DNA of 64,000 nucleotides from Octopus vulgaris (GCA_951406725.2 OX597825.1:86924001-86988000), one strand, 5' to 3'. Numbered from the stretch's first letter, positions 1 to 13,524 are shown. Numbers and translations are program-made. The notes: generated from the sequence alone by a model not told the origin.

Positions 1-239
1 AGGAATGAATTAAATCAGACAGACATTGAAGCTCTTATTTCATCATTAAACATTTTGTCGATTCACCGCCTTGTTTTACTTTCTTCCAATTTCTTCCACT
101 AATTTCGGAAACTGGAATTACAGTTTTCTATTTTGGTTGTTTATAGGAAAATGAAACATCTATTTAAAGTTTGTAGAATCTGAAATATCAATAATTGAGT
201 TTATATAACAAGTCCAAATACACTTAAGCACAAGTACAC

Positions 240-371
<132 letters not shown>

Positions 372-388
372 AACGCGCACACACAAGC

Positions 389-515
389 AATTGCATTAAG
401 AGATATATACACACTCCTCACGGCATGACGTACATGTACATTAATAATGCTTCACAAGAAGTTGCGTACAATATTCACATTACTGTGTATATATATTTCC
501 ACATACACACAGACT

Positions 516-555
<40 letters not shown>

Positions 556-1265
556 GCACACACACGCACACACACACACCAGTAACTAACTTACAAATCT
601 CCACGATGTCTGGAACTAATAGCAGAGTGAAATATATATACACTCAGGAATAAAAGTATGTGTATTCACGTATGTATATTATGTATTCATACATACATCA
701 ACTCTCTCTCTCTTTCACACACACACACACACACACACAGACACAAGATTTTGGACTGTTATATGCAAACCTCTGCAAGGAAATAGCGAAAGATTAAACT
801 CTTTATATATTTGTTGATCCGAACCCAAAGGAAACGGGTGGGAAATGAAAGGNNNNNNNNNNNNNNNNNNNNNNNNNNNNNNNNNNNNNNNNNNNNNNNN
901 NNNNNNNNNNNNNNNNNNNNNNNNNNNNNNNNNNNNNNNNNNNNNNNNNNNNAACAATTGCATTAATAGATATATACACACTCCTCACGGCATGACGTAC
1001 ATGTACATTAATAATGCTTCACAAGAAGTTGCGTACAATATTCACATTACTGTGTATATATATTTCCACATACACACATACTCCACACACACACACGCAC
1101 ACACACGCACGCACACACACGCACACACACACACCAGTAACTAACTTACAAATCTCCACGATGTCTGGAACTAATAGCAGAGTGAAATATATATACACTC
1201 AGGAATAAAAGTATGTGTATTCACGTATGTATATTATGTATTCATACATACATCAACTCTCTCTC

Positions 1266-1307
<42 letters not shown>

Positions 1308-1414
1308 AAGATTTTGGACTGTTATATGCAAACCTCTGCAAGGAAATAGCGAAAGATTAAACTCTTTATATATTTGTTGATCCGAACCCAAAGGAAACGG
1401 GTGGGAAATGAAAG
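389..1414 (+). repeat. ~460 bp direct duplication flanking the N gap (389-852 vs 955-1414)
   Basis: Both copies run from caattgcattaa to gggaaatgaaagg and differ by a few substitutions and by CA-run lengths. Confidence 0.9.
853..952. other. assembly gap (100 N)
   Basis: Run of N. Confidence 1.
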
Positions 1415-1774
1415 GACGATAGGGTAGATTTCGCAGAATTTACTTTGGTTCCCTGTCGCTTGAAGACTTCCCTCACAATGCTTTACTTATTTTCTGGAAC
1501 TCCAAGAACTACAGGAAGCACCATTGACTGTCAGTGAAAGCAAATTGAAACCTTTTTTTATACTTGACAGGTAATAACTAATCTTTTAATTAGAAGAACA
1601 GAATTCTAAAACTTGTCCTTGCAAGTAGGAAGTTGTAATTTAGTACTCGAGACATGGTCGAGGGAATTATCCGATTTGATCTTTCGATTGCAATATCGTT
1701 AATAGAAGCATCTCCATCTCCCCTTCTCTGATGATACATACACACGTATATATATATATATATATATATATACG

Positions 1775-1802
<28 letters not shown>

Positions 1803-1805
<3 letters not shown>

Positions 1806-1985
1806 AGAGTTTACGAAGAATTAAAAACAAAGGACGAAGACAGGTGGTGTACAATACAAACAGATGTATTAGTATAACGCCCAGGAATAGAAAAGTCTTT
1901 TACGTTTCGAGCCTACGCTCTTCCACAGAAAAGGACACAGAAAAAAAAAACAAGGAGAGAAAGGAATGTGTGTAGTGGCTAATAC
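1803..1985 (-). mobile_element. short HHR-bearing repeat (family A), other copies at ~25915-26110, ~37835-38000 and ~63045-63210
   Basis: Shared sequence aagacgaagacaggtg...gtcttttacgtttcgagcctacgctctt..acagaaa in four places, each next to a (TA)n tract. Confidence 0.8.
1897..1932 (-). ncRNA. minimal hammerhead-like motif with variant core CUGUGGA
   Basis: Reverse complement reads TTTT CTGTGGA A GAGC GTAG GCTC GAAAC GTA AAAG, giving stem I, stem II, the GAAA box and a GUA triplet. Confidence 0.65.
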
Positions 1986-1994
1986 ATATATATG

Positions 1995-2059
<65 letters not shown>

Positions 2060-2061
<2 letters not shown>

Positions 2062-2230
2062 TCAGTTGAATTAGATACTTAAGTTGAAGCACCAAGTCAG
2101 TCTGGTATTATCCGCACAGCTCCAAGTAGGGTGAATAAAATCAAAATAAGCAACAGGATATCGAGTAGTCATGCAGTACGATCGCTTGAAACGGTCGTAC
2201 TGCATGACTACTCGATATCCTGTTGCTTAT
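2060..2230. mobile_element. Penelope-like terminal fragment ending in a ~39 bp-arm hairpin (2146-2230)
   Basis: ataagcaacaggatatcgagtagtcatgcagtacgatcg and its reverse complement flank cttgaaa. It contains the 3' half of an HHR (GAAAC GGTC GTA) and is similar in reverse complement to 15070-15215. Confidence 0.65.
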
Positions 2231-2560
2231 ACATATATATAATATTGCATTACAAATGTATTACTTTCCAGGAAAAAAAGCATCGTAATGGCAAAAGTAT
2301 AAATATAAATACAAATGACTGGTACAACAAGGCATCAATATTCAATGGAAATAGCAGTTGATACAATTACCACTAATCTGTATTTATATTTATACATCTA
2401 CCTGTATGATGTTTTATTTTACTAATAAGTAATAAATTTGTATTGTAATATTTTATTTTTCAATGAAAACTTTTTTATTGTTCTCGTTCTGTTAACGGCT
2501 AAGCTTTCAGGCGAGTATAGTAGCATTGATGTGGCAGCATTTGAAATATTGCCTAGGTAA

Positions 2561-2631
2561 ATGCAACTGATGAAGACCGACCAAATTTACGTCGAGAAGC
2601 GTATTTGAAGAGTCAGAAACCGGTCCTGCAT
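2561..2631 (+). ncRNA. type I hammerhead ribozyme motif
   Basis: ATGCAA CTGATGA A GAC..GTC A GAAAC CG GTC CTGCAT. It lies between inverted arms at ~2310-2370 and ~2753-2812. Confidence 0.75.
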
Positions 2632-2806
2632 CATCCGATTCTGGGTTGTCCATTTATCGAATGTTCTTCCTAGAAGTAAGAAAAATTGTTCATTTTCGTT
2701 GCACTCACACGTCTTTGCCAGTATATACGGTGTCAACCTTTACTATAGCGTCGTAATTGTATCGACTGCTATTTCCAGTGAATATTGGAACATTGTTGTA
2801 CACTAA

Positions 2807-2850
<44 letters not shown>

Positions 2851-2853
<3 letters not shown>

Positions 2854-2880
2854 TGGGTTGGCAACTAAGTTCCCGCCATC
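2851..2880 (+). mobile_element. solitary mariner-type terminal inverted repeat
   Basis: TA followed by TTGGGTTGGCAACTAAGT resembles a mellifera/cecropia-type mariner end. No partner end is visible. Confidence 0.55.
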
Positions 2881-2937
2881 TCTTAAAATTTTGGAATTTA
2901 TTGCGTTTTTAAATTTTGGAACCTATTTTGTTGTGTT

Positions 2938-3123
2938 TGGGGAGAGTCATTTTCTTTTAGTGCCTTATAATTAACACACTCACCGGTAAAATTTTCACTT
3001 ATTTCTTATTTTTATTTTTTAAAATTTTCGTCGCATCTTGCAAACCTTTTCTGCAAGACGCAGTGAAAATTTTAGGAAAATAAAAATAAGAAATAAATAG
3101 AAATTTTACCGGTGAATGTGTTA
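2938..3123. mobile_element. fold-back element (family B), second copy at ~63248-63403
   Basis: Inverted arms ~2974-3042 and ~3052-3123. The head tcttttagtgcctta..aacacactcaccggt is shared with 63248 onward. Confidence 0.8.
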
Positions 3124-3134
3124 CATTTCAAACA

Positions 3135-3315
3135 TTGGCACAGAGCCAGCAGTTTCGAGGAGGGGGTAAGTCGATTACATCAACCCGAATACTCAACTGG
3201 TACATACTTTAACCACCCTGAAAGAATGAAAGGCAAAGTGGACTTCGGCGGAGTTTGAACGCAGTAAAAAAACGACCGATGAAATGCCGCGAAGTATTTT
3301 GTCTGGCGTGTTATC
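3135..3315 (-). mobile_element. tRNA-derived SINE (Meta-domain-like), degenerate
   Basis: Reverse-complement similarity to the 53355 copy (gaaagaatgaaaggcaaagtggacttcggcggagtttgaac). Confidence 0.75.
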
Positions 3316-3490
3316 GACAAACGAGAAATAATGTTAACAAGGAATTACTCCTGTGGATTAAAGGACATGTATATAAAAGGGACCCGGATGGAGGATACTA
3401 ATCGATTTGATAAAGTTGGACTTGTTAATATAAGAAAATGGTGATATAGTATTTAATAAAGATTTATTATCGGCAAAAATCAAACATAGC

Positions 3491-3573
3491 CTCTTACAGC
3501 TGTTTCAATTAAGCCCAATAAAGATTAAATAAATATTAAAATCATATTTGGGGAGCAAAATCTCTTCAGAGGA
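3491..3573 (-). ncRNA. type I hammerhead motif (antisense arm copy)
   Basis: Reverse complement reads TCCT CTGAAGA ... GAAAC AGCT GTA AGAG. Confidence 0.7.
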
Positions 3574-3697
3574 GTAGAAACACATATACCCTTAGGTTTT
3601 TTATCTGTTGTATTTTAGATTCATCACAGCAGACTTTAGAATCATCACAGCCGTGATGATTCTAATATACGACAGAAAAAAATAAACCTTTTTCTAC

Positions 3698-3784
3698 CCC
3701 TCTGAAGAGATTTTGCCCCCCGCCCAATGATTTTAATGATATTTATTTAATCTTTATTGGGCTTAATTGAAACAGCTGTAAGGG
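3698..3784 (+). ncRNA. type I hammerhead ribozyme motif
   Basis: CCCT CTGAAGA [long stem II including gcccaat/attgggc] GAAAC AGCT GTA AGGG. Confidence 0.8.
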
Positions 3785-3866
3785 ACTATGTTTGATTTTT
3801 GCCGATAATAAATCTTTATTAAATACTATATCGCCATTTTCTTATTTTTCATATATCTATATCTAT

Positions 3867-3910
<44 letters not shown>

Positions 3911-3942
3911 TGTGTGTGCGTGCGTGTACTTATATATATGTG

Positions 3943-3983
<41 letters not shown>

Positions 3984-4006
3984 GGGTATATATACGCACA
4001 TACACG

Positions 4007-4040
<34 letters not shown>

Positions 4041-4057
4041 TATATATGTACGTATGA

Positions 4058-4262
4058 GGCGAACTGGCAGAATCGTTGGCAGGCCGGACGAATTGAATTA
4101 TCGGCATTTCGTCCGCCGACTTTGTATTCTAAGTTGAAATTCCGCAGGGGTCGACTTTACCTTTCATACTTTCGGGGTCAATAAAGTAAGTACCAGTCAA
4201 ACACTCGGGTCGATGTAATCGACTCTCACCTCAAAAACTGATTTTGTGCCAAAAAGTGAAAC
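4058..4262 (+). mobile_element. tRNA-derived SINE (Meta-domain-like)
   Basis: A-box-like tggcagaatcgtt, B-box-like agttgaaattcc, then ctttcatactttcggggtcaataaagtaagtaccag. Confidence 0.8.
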
Positions 4263-4334
<72 letters not shown>

Positions 4335-4974
4335 AAGTTAGTTTCTATTTCATAACACAAATGCAGTTTAGCAGAGAATCCTGGAATCAATTCCAGCAAG
4401 GTAAACAGTTAGAATATCGAATGAAGGCAATTAACTATAAAAATACGAAATCTATCGATTTTTCTCACTTTATTTTTATTTCATTTTCATCATTCCCTCT
4501 CACTTTCGGTTATTTTCAATTAAATGTCTCAACTAAGTCGCCAATCGATACAAGCGCCATCAGCCGTGTTTCTCTGAAACTCTTCACTCTATCTTCAGAC
4601 GATATTCTGCTCAATTTTCCAAGCTGTTTCTCCTCATATCACTATTTATTCTAAATCCTACATAATATTATCTATTTAGTTATTAAGAATTCTGTTCTCA
4701 ATTACTTATTTACTTAAACTCAACACATCGTTACATTGATATATTGTTATATCTTAAACATACTTAAACGTTGCCAAGTTATTAGTCTCCACGGCTTGAT
4801 TGCATTTTTCTTCATCGTAAAACGAAACCATTTTCATTAATAACCTGAGCCATTGCGTTCCTGCCATGGATGAAAAACTGAATACACATACACACATATG
4901 TAAGTACACGTATATGCATATATATGCAAACATACAAAATGACACAAACACACACGGACACAGACACACACAAT

Positions 4975-5220
4975 CTAGCACTCTGTCGGTTAGAAGGACG
5001 AATGTTCTAGCTGATCCGATCAATGAAACAGCGGCGCGTGAAATTAACGTGCAAGTGGCCGAGTACTCCACAGACACACGCACACCGTTGGCATAGATGT
5101 CAGGGAGATTCAACATGACACAGAATGTGACAAGGCTGGCCCCTCTGTAATTAGCTGAGTGGAATGAAGCGGCGGGAAATAAAGTGTCTTGCTCAAGAGA
5201 CACAACACGACGCCGGGCGT
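4975..5220 (-). mobile_element. CORE-like SINE fragment, second copy at ~59725-60040
   Basis: gtgaaattaacgtgcaagtgg and gacacagaatgt are shared with 59725 onward. The reverse complement has gtgtctcttgagcaagacactttattt. Confidence 0.7.
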
Positions 5221-5513
5221 GTTCTGTCCTTGAGCAAGACTCTTGCTTAAGGACACAACATCTGTGCATATAGGCATTCGTACAAATAATTCGTTGTTCT
5301 CGCAACTAGGTTACTTAATGTCTGAGTATTCCACAGTAACGCGTGTCATTAACGTAGGATCGGCGTGATATAGTGGTTAGCAAGTTCGTGCCATTGCAAT
5401 ATAGATTACAGCCATAGTGGGCTTCGAACCTGCCTACGTGATGTGTGTGTGTATGTGCCTGTGTGTGTGTGTGTGAAACAAGTAAAAGAATAAAAGAATA
5501 TATATATATGTAT

Positions 5514-5611
<98 letters not shown>

Positions 5612-5871
5612 TGAGGGAGATAAATTAATATTAATTTTAATATCAATTTAAAACCAGTAGTCCAGCATTCAAAAAATCTGAGGAGTCAGAGAAAATTCAA
5701 ATATATGTGTATATTGGCAGGGCTGGCCTGCTAGGTAGCCGGCCAGAATGCTAGAAATAGATCATCAACGATCAAACTACAAGGGAAATTCTCTAGAGGA
5801 AGAATTCAGCGAACACCAGAACCAAATTTGGCGGGCAGGACATATGAAAAATTAAATAAAAAACAGACTTA

Positions 5872-5947
5872 AATGCATACCTCGGTTTCGGTCTTAACAA
5901 AAGAATTACTTGCATAATTCAAGTGTCCGTGACTTCTTCAGTACATT
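5872..5947 (-). ncRNA. type I hammerhead ribozyme motif (unit 1)
   Basis: Reverse complement reads AATGTA CTGAAGA A GTC..GAC C GAAAC CGAG GTA TGCATT. Confidence 0.8.
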
Positions 5948-6417
5948 GGGTCCTCGAGATGCAAACCGCAAGACTAACCCCAGCTCTCTGTGTCAAGACA
6001 GACACGTGCTTAGTCTTACTGATTACATCGGGAATAAAATTTCAAATGTCTTGGTTCCGGCGCGCTAAGAGACTCCTGAAGTGAAGGGCTGCAGTGAATA
6101 ATTCACTGCGGGTAAAGCTTACTACTAGGGAACGTATTTATTTAAATATTTAAAAATTGAGGGAGATAAGTTAATATTAATTTTAATATCAATTTAAAAC
6201 CAGTAGTCCAGCATTCAAAAAATCTGAGGAGTCAGAGAAAATTCAAATATATGTGTATATTGGCAGGGCTGGCCTGCTAGGTAGCCGGCCAGAATGCTAG
6301 AAATAGATCATCAACGATCAAACTACAAGGGAAATTCTCTAGAGGAAGAATTCAGCGAACACCAGAACCAAATTTGGCGGGCAGGACATATGAAAAATTA
6401 AATAAAAAACAGACTTA

Positions 6418-6493
6418 AATGCATACCTCGGTTTCGGTTTTAACAAAAGAATTACTTGCATAATTCAAGTGTCCGTGACTTCTTCAGTACATT
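6418..6493 (-). ncRNA. type I hammerhead ribozyme motif (unit 2)
   Basis: Same motif 546 bp away, with one substitution in stem II. Confidence 0.78.
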
Positions 6494-6727
6494 GGGTCCT
6501 CGAGATGCAAACCGCAAGACTAACCCCAGCAAGTAATTCTTTTGTTAAGACTGAAACCGAGGTATGCATTTAAGTCTGTTTTTTATTTAATTTTTCATAT
6601 GTCCTGCCCGCCAAATTTGGTTCTGGTGTTCGCTGAATTCTTCCTCTAAAGAATTTCCCTTGTAGTTTGATCGTTGATGATCTATTTCTAGCATTCTGGC
6701 CGGCTACCTAGCAGGCCAGCCCTGCCA

Positions 6728-6779
<52 letters not shown>

Positions 6780-6962
6780 ATATCAATAATACAGTGATTG
6801 TTTCTTGTCAGGAACAAAAGGATTAATAGGACCGCTATAGAAGTGCTCTATTGAAAGAGACAAAAATATCAAACTAAAATTATTGAACAAACAAATGCAA
6901 GGTCATCCGCATTGTGCTGGCTTGGTACGCGATGATGTCTATCTTTATGTTTATATATTTTT

Positions 6963-7042
6963 TCCCCTGACGAAGGAGGTATTATCTTGATACACCGTAG
7001 TGCTTTAAACATAATAATACACCCCTGAAATGGCCATAGGGA
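6963..7042 (+). ncRNA. type I hammerhead ribozyme motif
   Basis: TCCC CTGACGA A [gtattat/ataatac stem II] GAAAT GGCC ATA GGGA. It is enclosed by a ~27 bp inverted repeat (6886-6912 / 7449-7475). Confidence 0.75.
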
Positions 7043-7492
7043 TAAGTAAATATGGTTCCCTTTTTAACTATAAGGCTTCTTTTACTTGAATAATTAGTTA
7101 ATAAGATTTCTAAACGATGAACTTTTATTTACATGATATATATTATATATTTTTATATGCTCCTATATGTATATATATATATATATATATCTTTTTATAT
7201 TTTTATATACCTATATATTTTTATATATTACTTATATTATATTTTTACTTTCTAGGGTTTTTTTTAAAAAATGTATTTTTCTGAATCGCTAAAATATTAA
7301 CTCTAAACTGTGATGAAAGAAAAAAAAATTTTTTTTCTCGCACCTTATTATTATTACATGCTTGTATGCTTGTACAGATGAATTACGTTCCATCTTGCGG
7401 GATGTTTATATGTATATTCTATGATTAAATGCTCGAATTATGAAATGTTATGCGGATGACCTTGCATTTGTTTATTCTTTAACCTTAGTTTG

Positions 7493-7662
<170 letters not shown>

Positions 7663-7759
7663 AGAAATACACACACCTATGTGTAGTTGGTGGATCTGAT
7701 ATAATTAGTCGCCATTTCATTTTTAAAATGATTTAAAATTTGAATATGGATGAAGGGTT

Positions 7760-7875
7760 TCTAATTTAGGCACAAGGCCAGCAATTTCAAAGGGAGGGGC
7801 AAATCGAAAAAAGTCGACCGCTGCACGTGACTGGTTCTTTATTTTATCGACTCCAAAATAATGAAAGGCGCAGCT
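7760..7875 (-). mobile_element. SINE 3' fragment (Meta-domain-like)
   Basis: tttaggcacaaggccagcaatttc...ttttatcgactccaaaataatgaaaggc is the reverse complement of the SINE body. Confidence 0.65.
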
Positions 7876-8842
7876 GATCATTTGAACTCCTTATATGGAT
7901 ATGAAAGAATAAAAGACAGAATGGTCAGGTATGGAATATTTTTGGCCATAAATCTGCTCGATCAGAGAAACTGGTGTCTGAGCGACAACATTGGAAATGT
8001 TCCTAACATCGTCCTTTTTCACTCATTGCTCCTTCAATACGAAACACCCCTTGTCTGTATCGGAAAGAAATGGTTTTATTTGAATAATTCTGAAGGGTTT
8101 CTGAGGCAGCTGATCGTTGAAATAGGACACGTGATACACAGTTTGGTATTGTTCACACAATCAAACATCAAGAAAAATCACCCAACGACGTTTCCCTTAT
8201 TTTTGACTGAATATTCGAACCGGAATAAACACAGAACCCATTTCTCTAGCAGTGAAGCGCCATCTTGCGAGAAACATTACAAATGAGTGTCTGCCATTTA
8301 TAGCTTCATTGTTGTGTAAAATTGGTTCCGAGTTGATATAAGCATCAATTGTATCAAAAGTCTTGTGAATTATCCAATGAAATGAAGACGTTACTTTCTG
8401 ATGAATGGTTTTCGAAGGAACTGGACGATGTTGAATGAAGAATGAAGAATTGAAGAAATGAAACTTTAACTAACGAAGAACCATTATTCTGCCAAATGTG
8501 TCTTAGAAACATTTCTATGGATGCAACTAGTCTTCGGAATAAGAATTGGTCAAATAGTGATGTGTGTGTGTGTGTGTGTGTGTAGTTAACTGAGCGTATT
8601 GATCAGAATGCTTCACCATTGTCGTTTTAAGAACAATGAGAAGATAATATAAGAAGGAGGGGAACGATGAAATTATTGATAGCCGATATCATTGCAATGG
8701 TAGAGAGAAAGCTTTAATAGCCATGAGATGACGATAATAAATAAATCGATACGTTTCTGCCACTATAAGTTTACGTTTCTTTATTTTATTCTCAGATGAA
8801 AATCAATAATTTTTAGAACTTTCTAGTTAACAATACAGCCAA

Positions 8843-8881
<39 letters not shown>

Positions 8882-8886
8882 AAATA

Positions 8887-8931
<45 letters not shown>

Positions 8932-9415
8932 TATATATAGGTAGGATATGAAGCTGTATCTCGACATATGTAAATTTTACACCAGTCCATATGCATATTT
9001 ATACAAATTATCAAAGAAAATGGAAGATTTCAAAAATTTTATATTTTATTTGAAATACCGTTTCCTTCCTCTTCGCACTACTTTGATTATCCGAATCCAC
9101 GTCACACACAAAAAACAGACACGTACTCACACACACACCATCACACACCATCTCACACACACACACACACACACAAGCACACACATGCACACATGCACAC
9201 ACACACAGAGACAAACACACACTCATACACACATACACACATGCACACACAAACAGAGAAAGATATTAACTCTCTCCATGTTTTATTTACATATCATTGC
9301 TATTATCTTCTTTCCTCTCCCTATCTACGTCATCAAGTGTATTTATATGTACACACACACACACACACAACTGTATGTCACAGTCTGTATATGTAAATAT
9401 TTATTCAGGCATGCT

Positions 9416-9456
<41 letters not shown>

Positions 9457-9488
9457 AATAAATATATATATAATATAAATTTGTATAG

Positions 9489-9526
<38 letters not shown>

Positions 9527-9720
9527 TTGTGTGTGTGTCTGTGTATATGCATATCTGTGCAAATGTGTGTGTGTGTGTGTGTGTGTATTCGATTTAATTC
9601 GATTTAAACATAAATGCTCAATGCACAAACAAACATATACAGGCGTCTACACAGTGAGAAATACCCAGCAGTTACACAGAGATACACACAGAGGCAAAAA
9701 CACGGACACACACACACACG

Positions 9721-9758
<38 letters not shown>

Positions 9759-9959
9759 ATGTGTAATGTAAAAGAGTGTTCATATCTCGTCACATCTCAT
9801 TATTAAGCATCGATAAAGAAAGCAAAGCAAATAACGACACGTGACGAGGTAAAGACTTGGCAACAAGCTTTTGCGCGCGCGCGCACACACACGCATGCAT
9901 ACACACACGCACACAAAATTGTATGTGTGCATACGTGTATATATACATGTTTGTATAAC

Positions 9960-10159
9960 TTTATTTTATAACTATATATGTATATCTATCTATCTATATA
10001 TATACATATGTGCAATTATATATTTATACATATATGTATAAATATATATGCACACACACACCCATACACACCCATACACACACACACATAGATGTGTATG
10101 CATATATATATACATATATATATGCATACATTTATATACATACATATACATACATATAT

Positions 10160-10206
<47 letters not shown>

Positions 10207-10296
10207 TTTGATATATATATATATGTATATATATATAGATCTATATGTGTGTATATATATATATGTATATACATATATATATATATATTATATATG

Positions 10297-10375
<79 letters not shown>

Positions 10376-10392
10376 TATATATTATATATATG

Positions 10393-10457
<65 letters not shown>

Positions 10458-11131
10458 GCATATGTATATCAAATACAATTTAAATGTAGTTTATATTTTC
10501 TTTTAAAGGACTCGAAGTACAGTTTAAAGCGATTGCCACTCTCGCTTGGCTCAGCGTCTCCCTCTTCAGTTCAATAATCGATGACATCTTCCCTTTATTA
10601 ATGACATGATCAATACTGATTCCCATGTAAACTTTTTTTCAGAATCGATCTGCTGCCAATATTATATGTTCAATGATTTTTTCATTGTCAATAATTCGAA
10701 ATGGCATTTTGGTATGGTGCCATTGTGACAGCGGCATTTTCGCTCTTTCTGTTTTCTTCTCCTCTTTTTACATTTTTACCTAAAGAGATTTGATCTCGCA
10801 CCCTCACCACTCGTACACAACCTCAAACTACAAAGACAGACACAATCCCCGATAGACTTAAGTGCATCCCACCACGGAATGAGAAAAAAAATAAAAAACA
10901 TTTTTTTTGCATATTACTGTGACTTTGTGAATTAGGTTTTTAACTGTAGGCTTCTTACACACAAACACATACATATAAGAACTTGCAAACACACACAAAC
11001 AAATACACACAGACACACACACACGCACACACACACATAAACATCCACACACATAAATGTACACAGCTCTACACACATATACATACGTAAAATATATATA
11101 GTTATTCATATAGAAATATGTTTCTATTTAC

Positions 11132-11209
<78 letters not shown>

Positions 11210-12307
11210 ACATAGATGTAAGTATGTATACACTGTTCCAAATAAAAAGAAGCATCCATTTATTTCTACAGATTGCCATCATTTATATATTTTCCATCTC
11301 CTTTTCTGAAAAATATGCTCAACTGAATTTTATGTGCACACACACACACACAGACACACACACACACACGCACACACACACAGAGGCACACCGACACACA
11401 TGCACATATAGAAGCAGCATACATATCTATATATATTAAGTAAAAGCATATAATGCATACATATATATATATATACATCTATATGTATATATATTATATT
11501 ATATTATATATATATAAATATATATATACATATATATATGTATATATATATATGTTATATTATATTGTATTATATTATATATATATATACATAAATGTAT
11601 GAGTGAGCATAAAAAAGATATATATTTAAGTGCGTGTGTATGTATGCATTAACATTCTTTATGCATGCATGTATGTATGCTTGTGTACACACACACACGT
11701 ATATATATGTATCTGTGTATATATGTATATGTGTGTATGTATATATATATATGTGTGTGTGTATACATGTACACATAAACACATAATTATTTATATATAT
11801 GTATATATACATATATATATATCTATATATCTATATACGTATATATATACGTATATATATACACACATACATATATACGTATATATTCATATATGTATGT
11901 ATATATACACACACACACATAAATATATATATATACATATATATACTTATACATATCACTCCCTATTTCTCTCACGCTCTCTCCAGCCACCTGTTTGCAT
12001 CTATCTATCTATCTATCAATATAATATACACGTATGTGTATTTGTATGTGTGTGTGTGTGTTTGTGTGCGTATATATGTGTGCGCCTGTGTGTGTGTTTA
12101 CATGGAAATCCACTAAATTGCGCAAACACTCAGCTGAAACTCAGATCAAAAAACGACGAAGGCAAAAAGATTTTAAGCAAACATATTGACATTCACACAA
12201 ACATTCTGATATGAATTGACATGAATTCATATTCACAAATGCATGCAACATTCCTACACACTGGCATACATGCGCAGAGATACACACCCAATTATATACA
12301 CATATTT

Positions 12308-12342
<35 letters not shown>

Positions 12343-12464
12343 TACACATATATATATATAGTATTATACATATATTTATATAATATACATATATATATGT
12401 ATATATGTGTCTATATATACATACATATATATATATGTATATACACATATATATATATACACAC

Positions 12465-12539
<75 letters not shown>

Positions 12540-12686
12540 CATCTTTATATATGTATACATATGAGTACATATATGTATATATATTCTTGTGTGTTGGTTT
12601 CCTAACGTATATTAAGTTTCATGAACAGGCACGCACAGTCTCAGACAATATACACAGTCATGCATACATCACACACACACGCACAA

Positions 12687-12717
<31 letters not shown>

Positions 12718-13190
12718 GATATATATGTGTATATTTATATGCATGTATGTGTGTGCCTCGATGTACATTCAAATATCGTATATCTTTTGTCCGCGTGTGA
12801 ATATGTTTATGCTCACTTGATCATAAATACATAAATATAGGTACATTTATATACATACACTCACACACATATGTATATGTATATATATGTATGTATGTAT
12901 GTAATATTTATATGCATACGTTGATATATATTATATAGATGTGTATATATATATGTCTATATATATATATACATATACATATATATGTATATGCACACAC
13001 ACACACGCAAACACACACATACATATATATATATGTATATATATATATACATATATATGCATATATGTTCATATATATATATATATATATATATCTATAT
13101 GCGCATATATGTATATATGTAAAATGTATTACATAATCACATAGACGCTGTTATATTGTATATACATATATATGTTTATATGCTTGATTT
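9960..13190. repeat. compound TA/CA/TATC low-complexity region
   Basis: Mostly imperfect dinucleotide and tetranucleotide runs, with short unique spacers. Confidence 0.9.
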
Positions 13191-13440
13191 TATGTTTTTA
13201 TTGATAGATTTGTATGCATACATGTAAAAACATACACACACACGCACTCACATACACATGCACGCATACAGACACACACACACTCACACACACATACACA
13301 CATCATTATTTGCTCATAATGTCGCAGAAAATTCCTTTTCATAGAAAGGCAAAAAAGGAAACGTGCCACCAACAAATGTATGACATTTTTAAAAAATGGG
13401 GGAAAAAAGAGGAAATTCTGTAAAAACACACAAACGCATA

Positions 13441-13524
<84 letters not shown>

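Larger units (their letters stand above)
3430..3845. mobile_element. ~415 bp fold-back element with an HHR in each arm
   Basis: Arms ~3430-3580 and ~3690-3845 are near reverse complements, and the spacer is itself partly inverted. Confidence 0.9.
5606..6741 (-). mobile_element. non-coding Penelope-like/retrozyme-like element: 546 bp unit, truncated tandem unit and inverted segment
   Basis: 5611 onward repeats at 6157 onward (offset 546, near identical) to 6530. 6529-6741 is the reverse complement of ~5701-5913. (TA)n lies on both sides. Confidence 0.88.

Noticed and set aside
4754-5305. 183 aa minus-strand ORF
   Set aside because: It spans a CORE-like SINE and CA-rich sequence that recurs at 59725 without frame conservation.
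5606-6530. CRISPR-like or satellite array
   Set aside because: There are only ~1.7 long units with no repeat-spacer pattern, the context is eukaryotic and there are no cas genes.
7861-8286. 141 aa non-repetitive ORF
   Set aside because: It starts inside a SINE fragment and has no recognisable motif. It is probably chance openness across decayed repeats.
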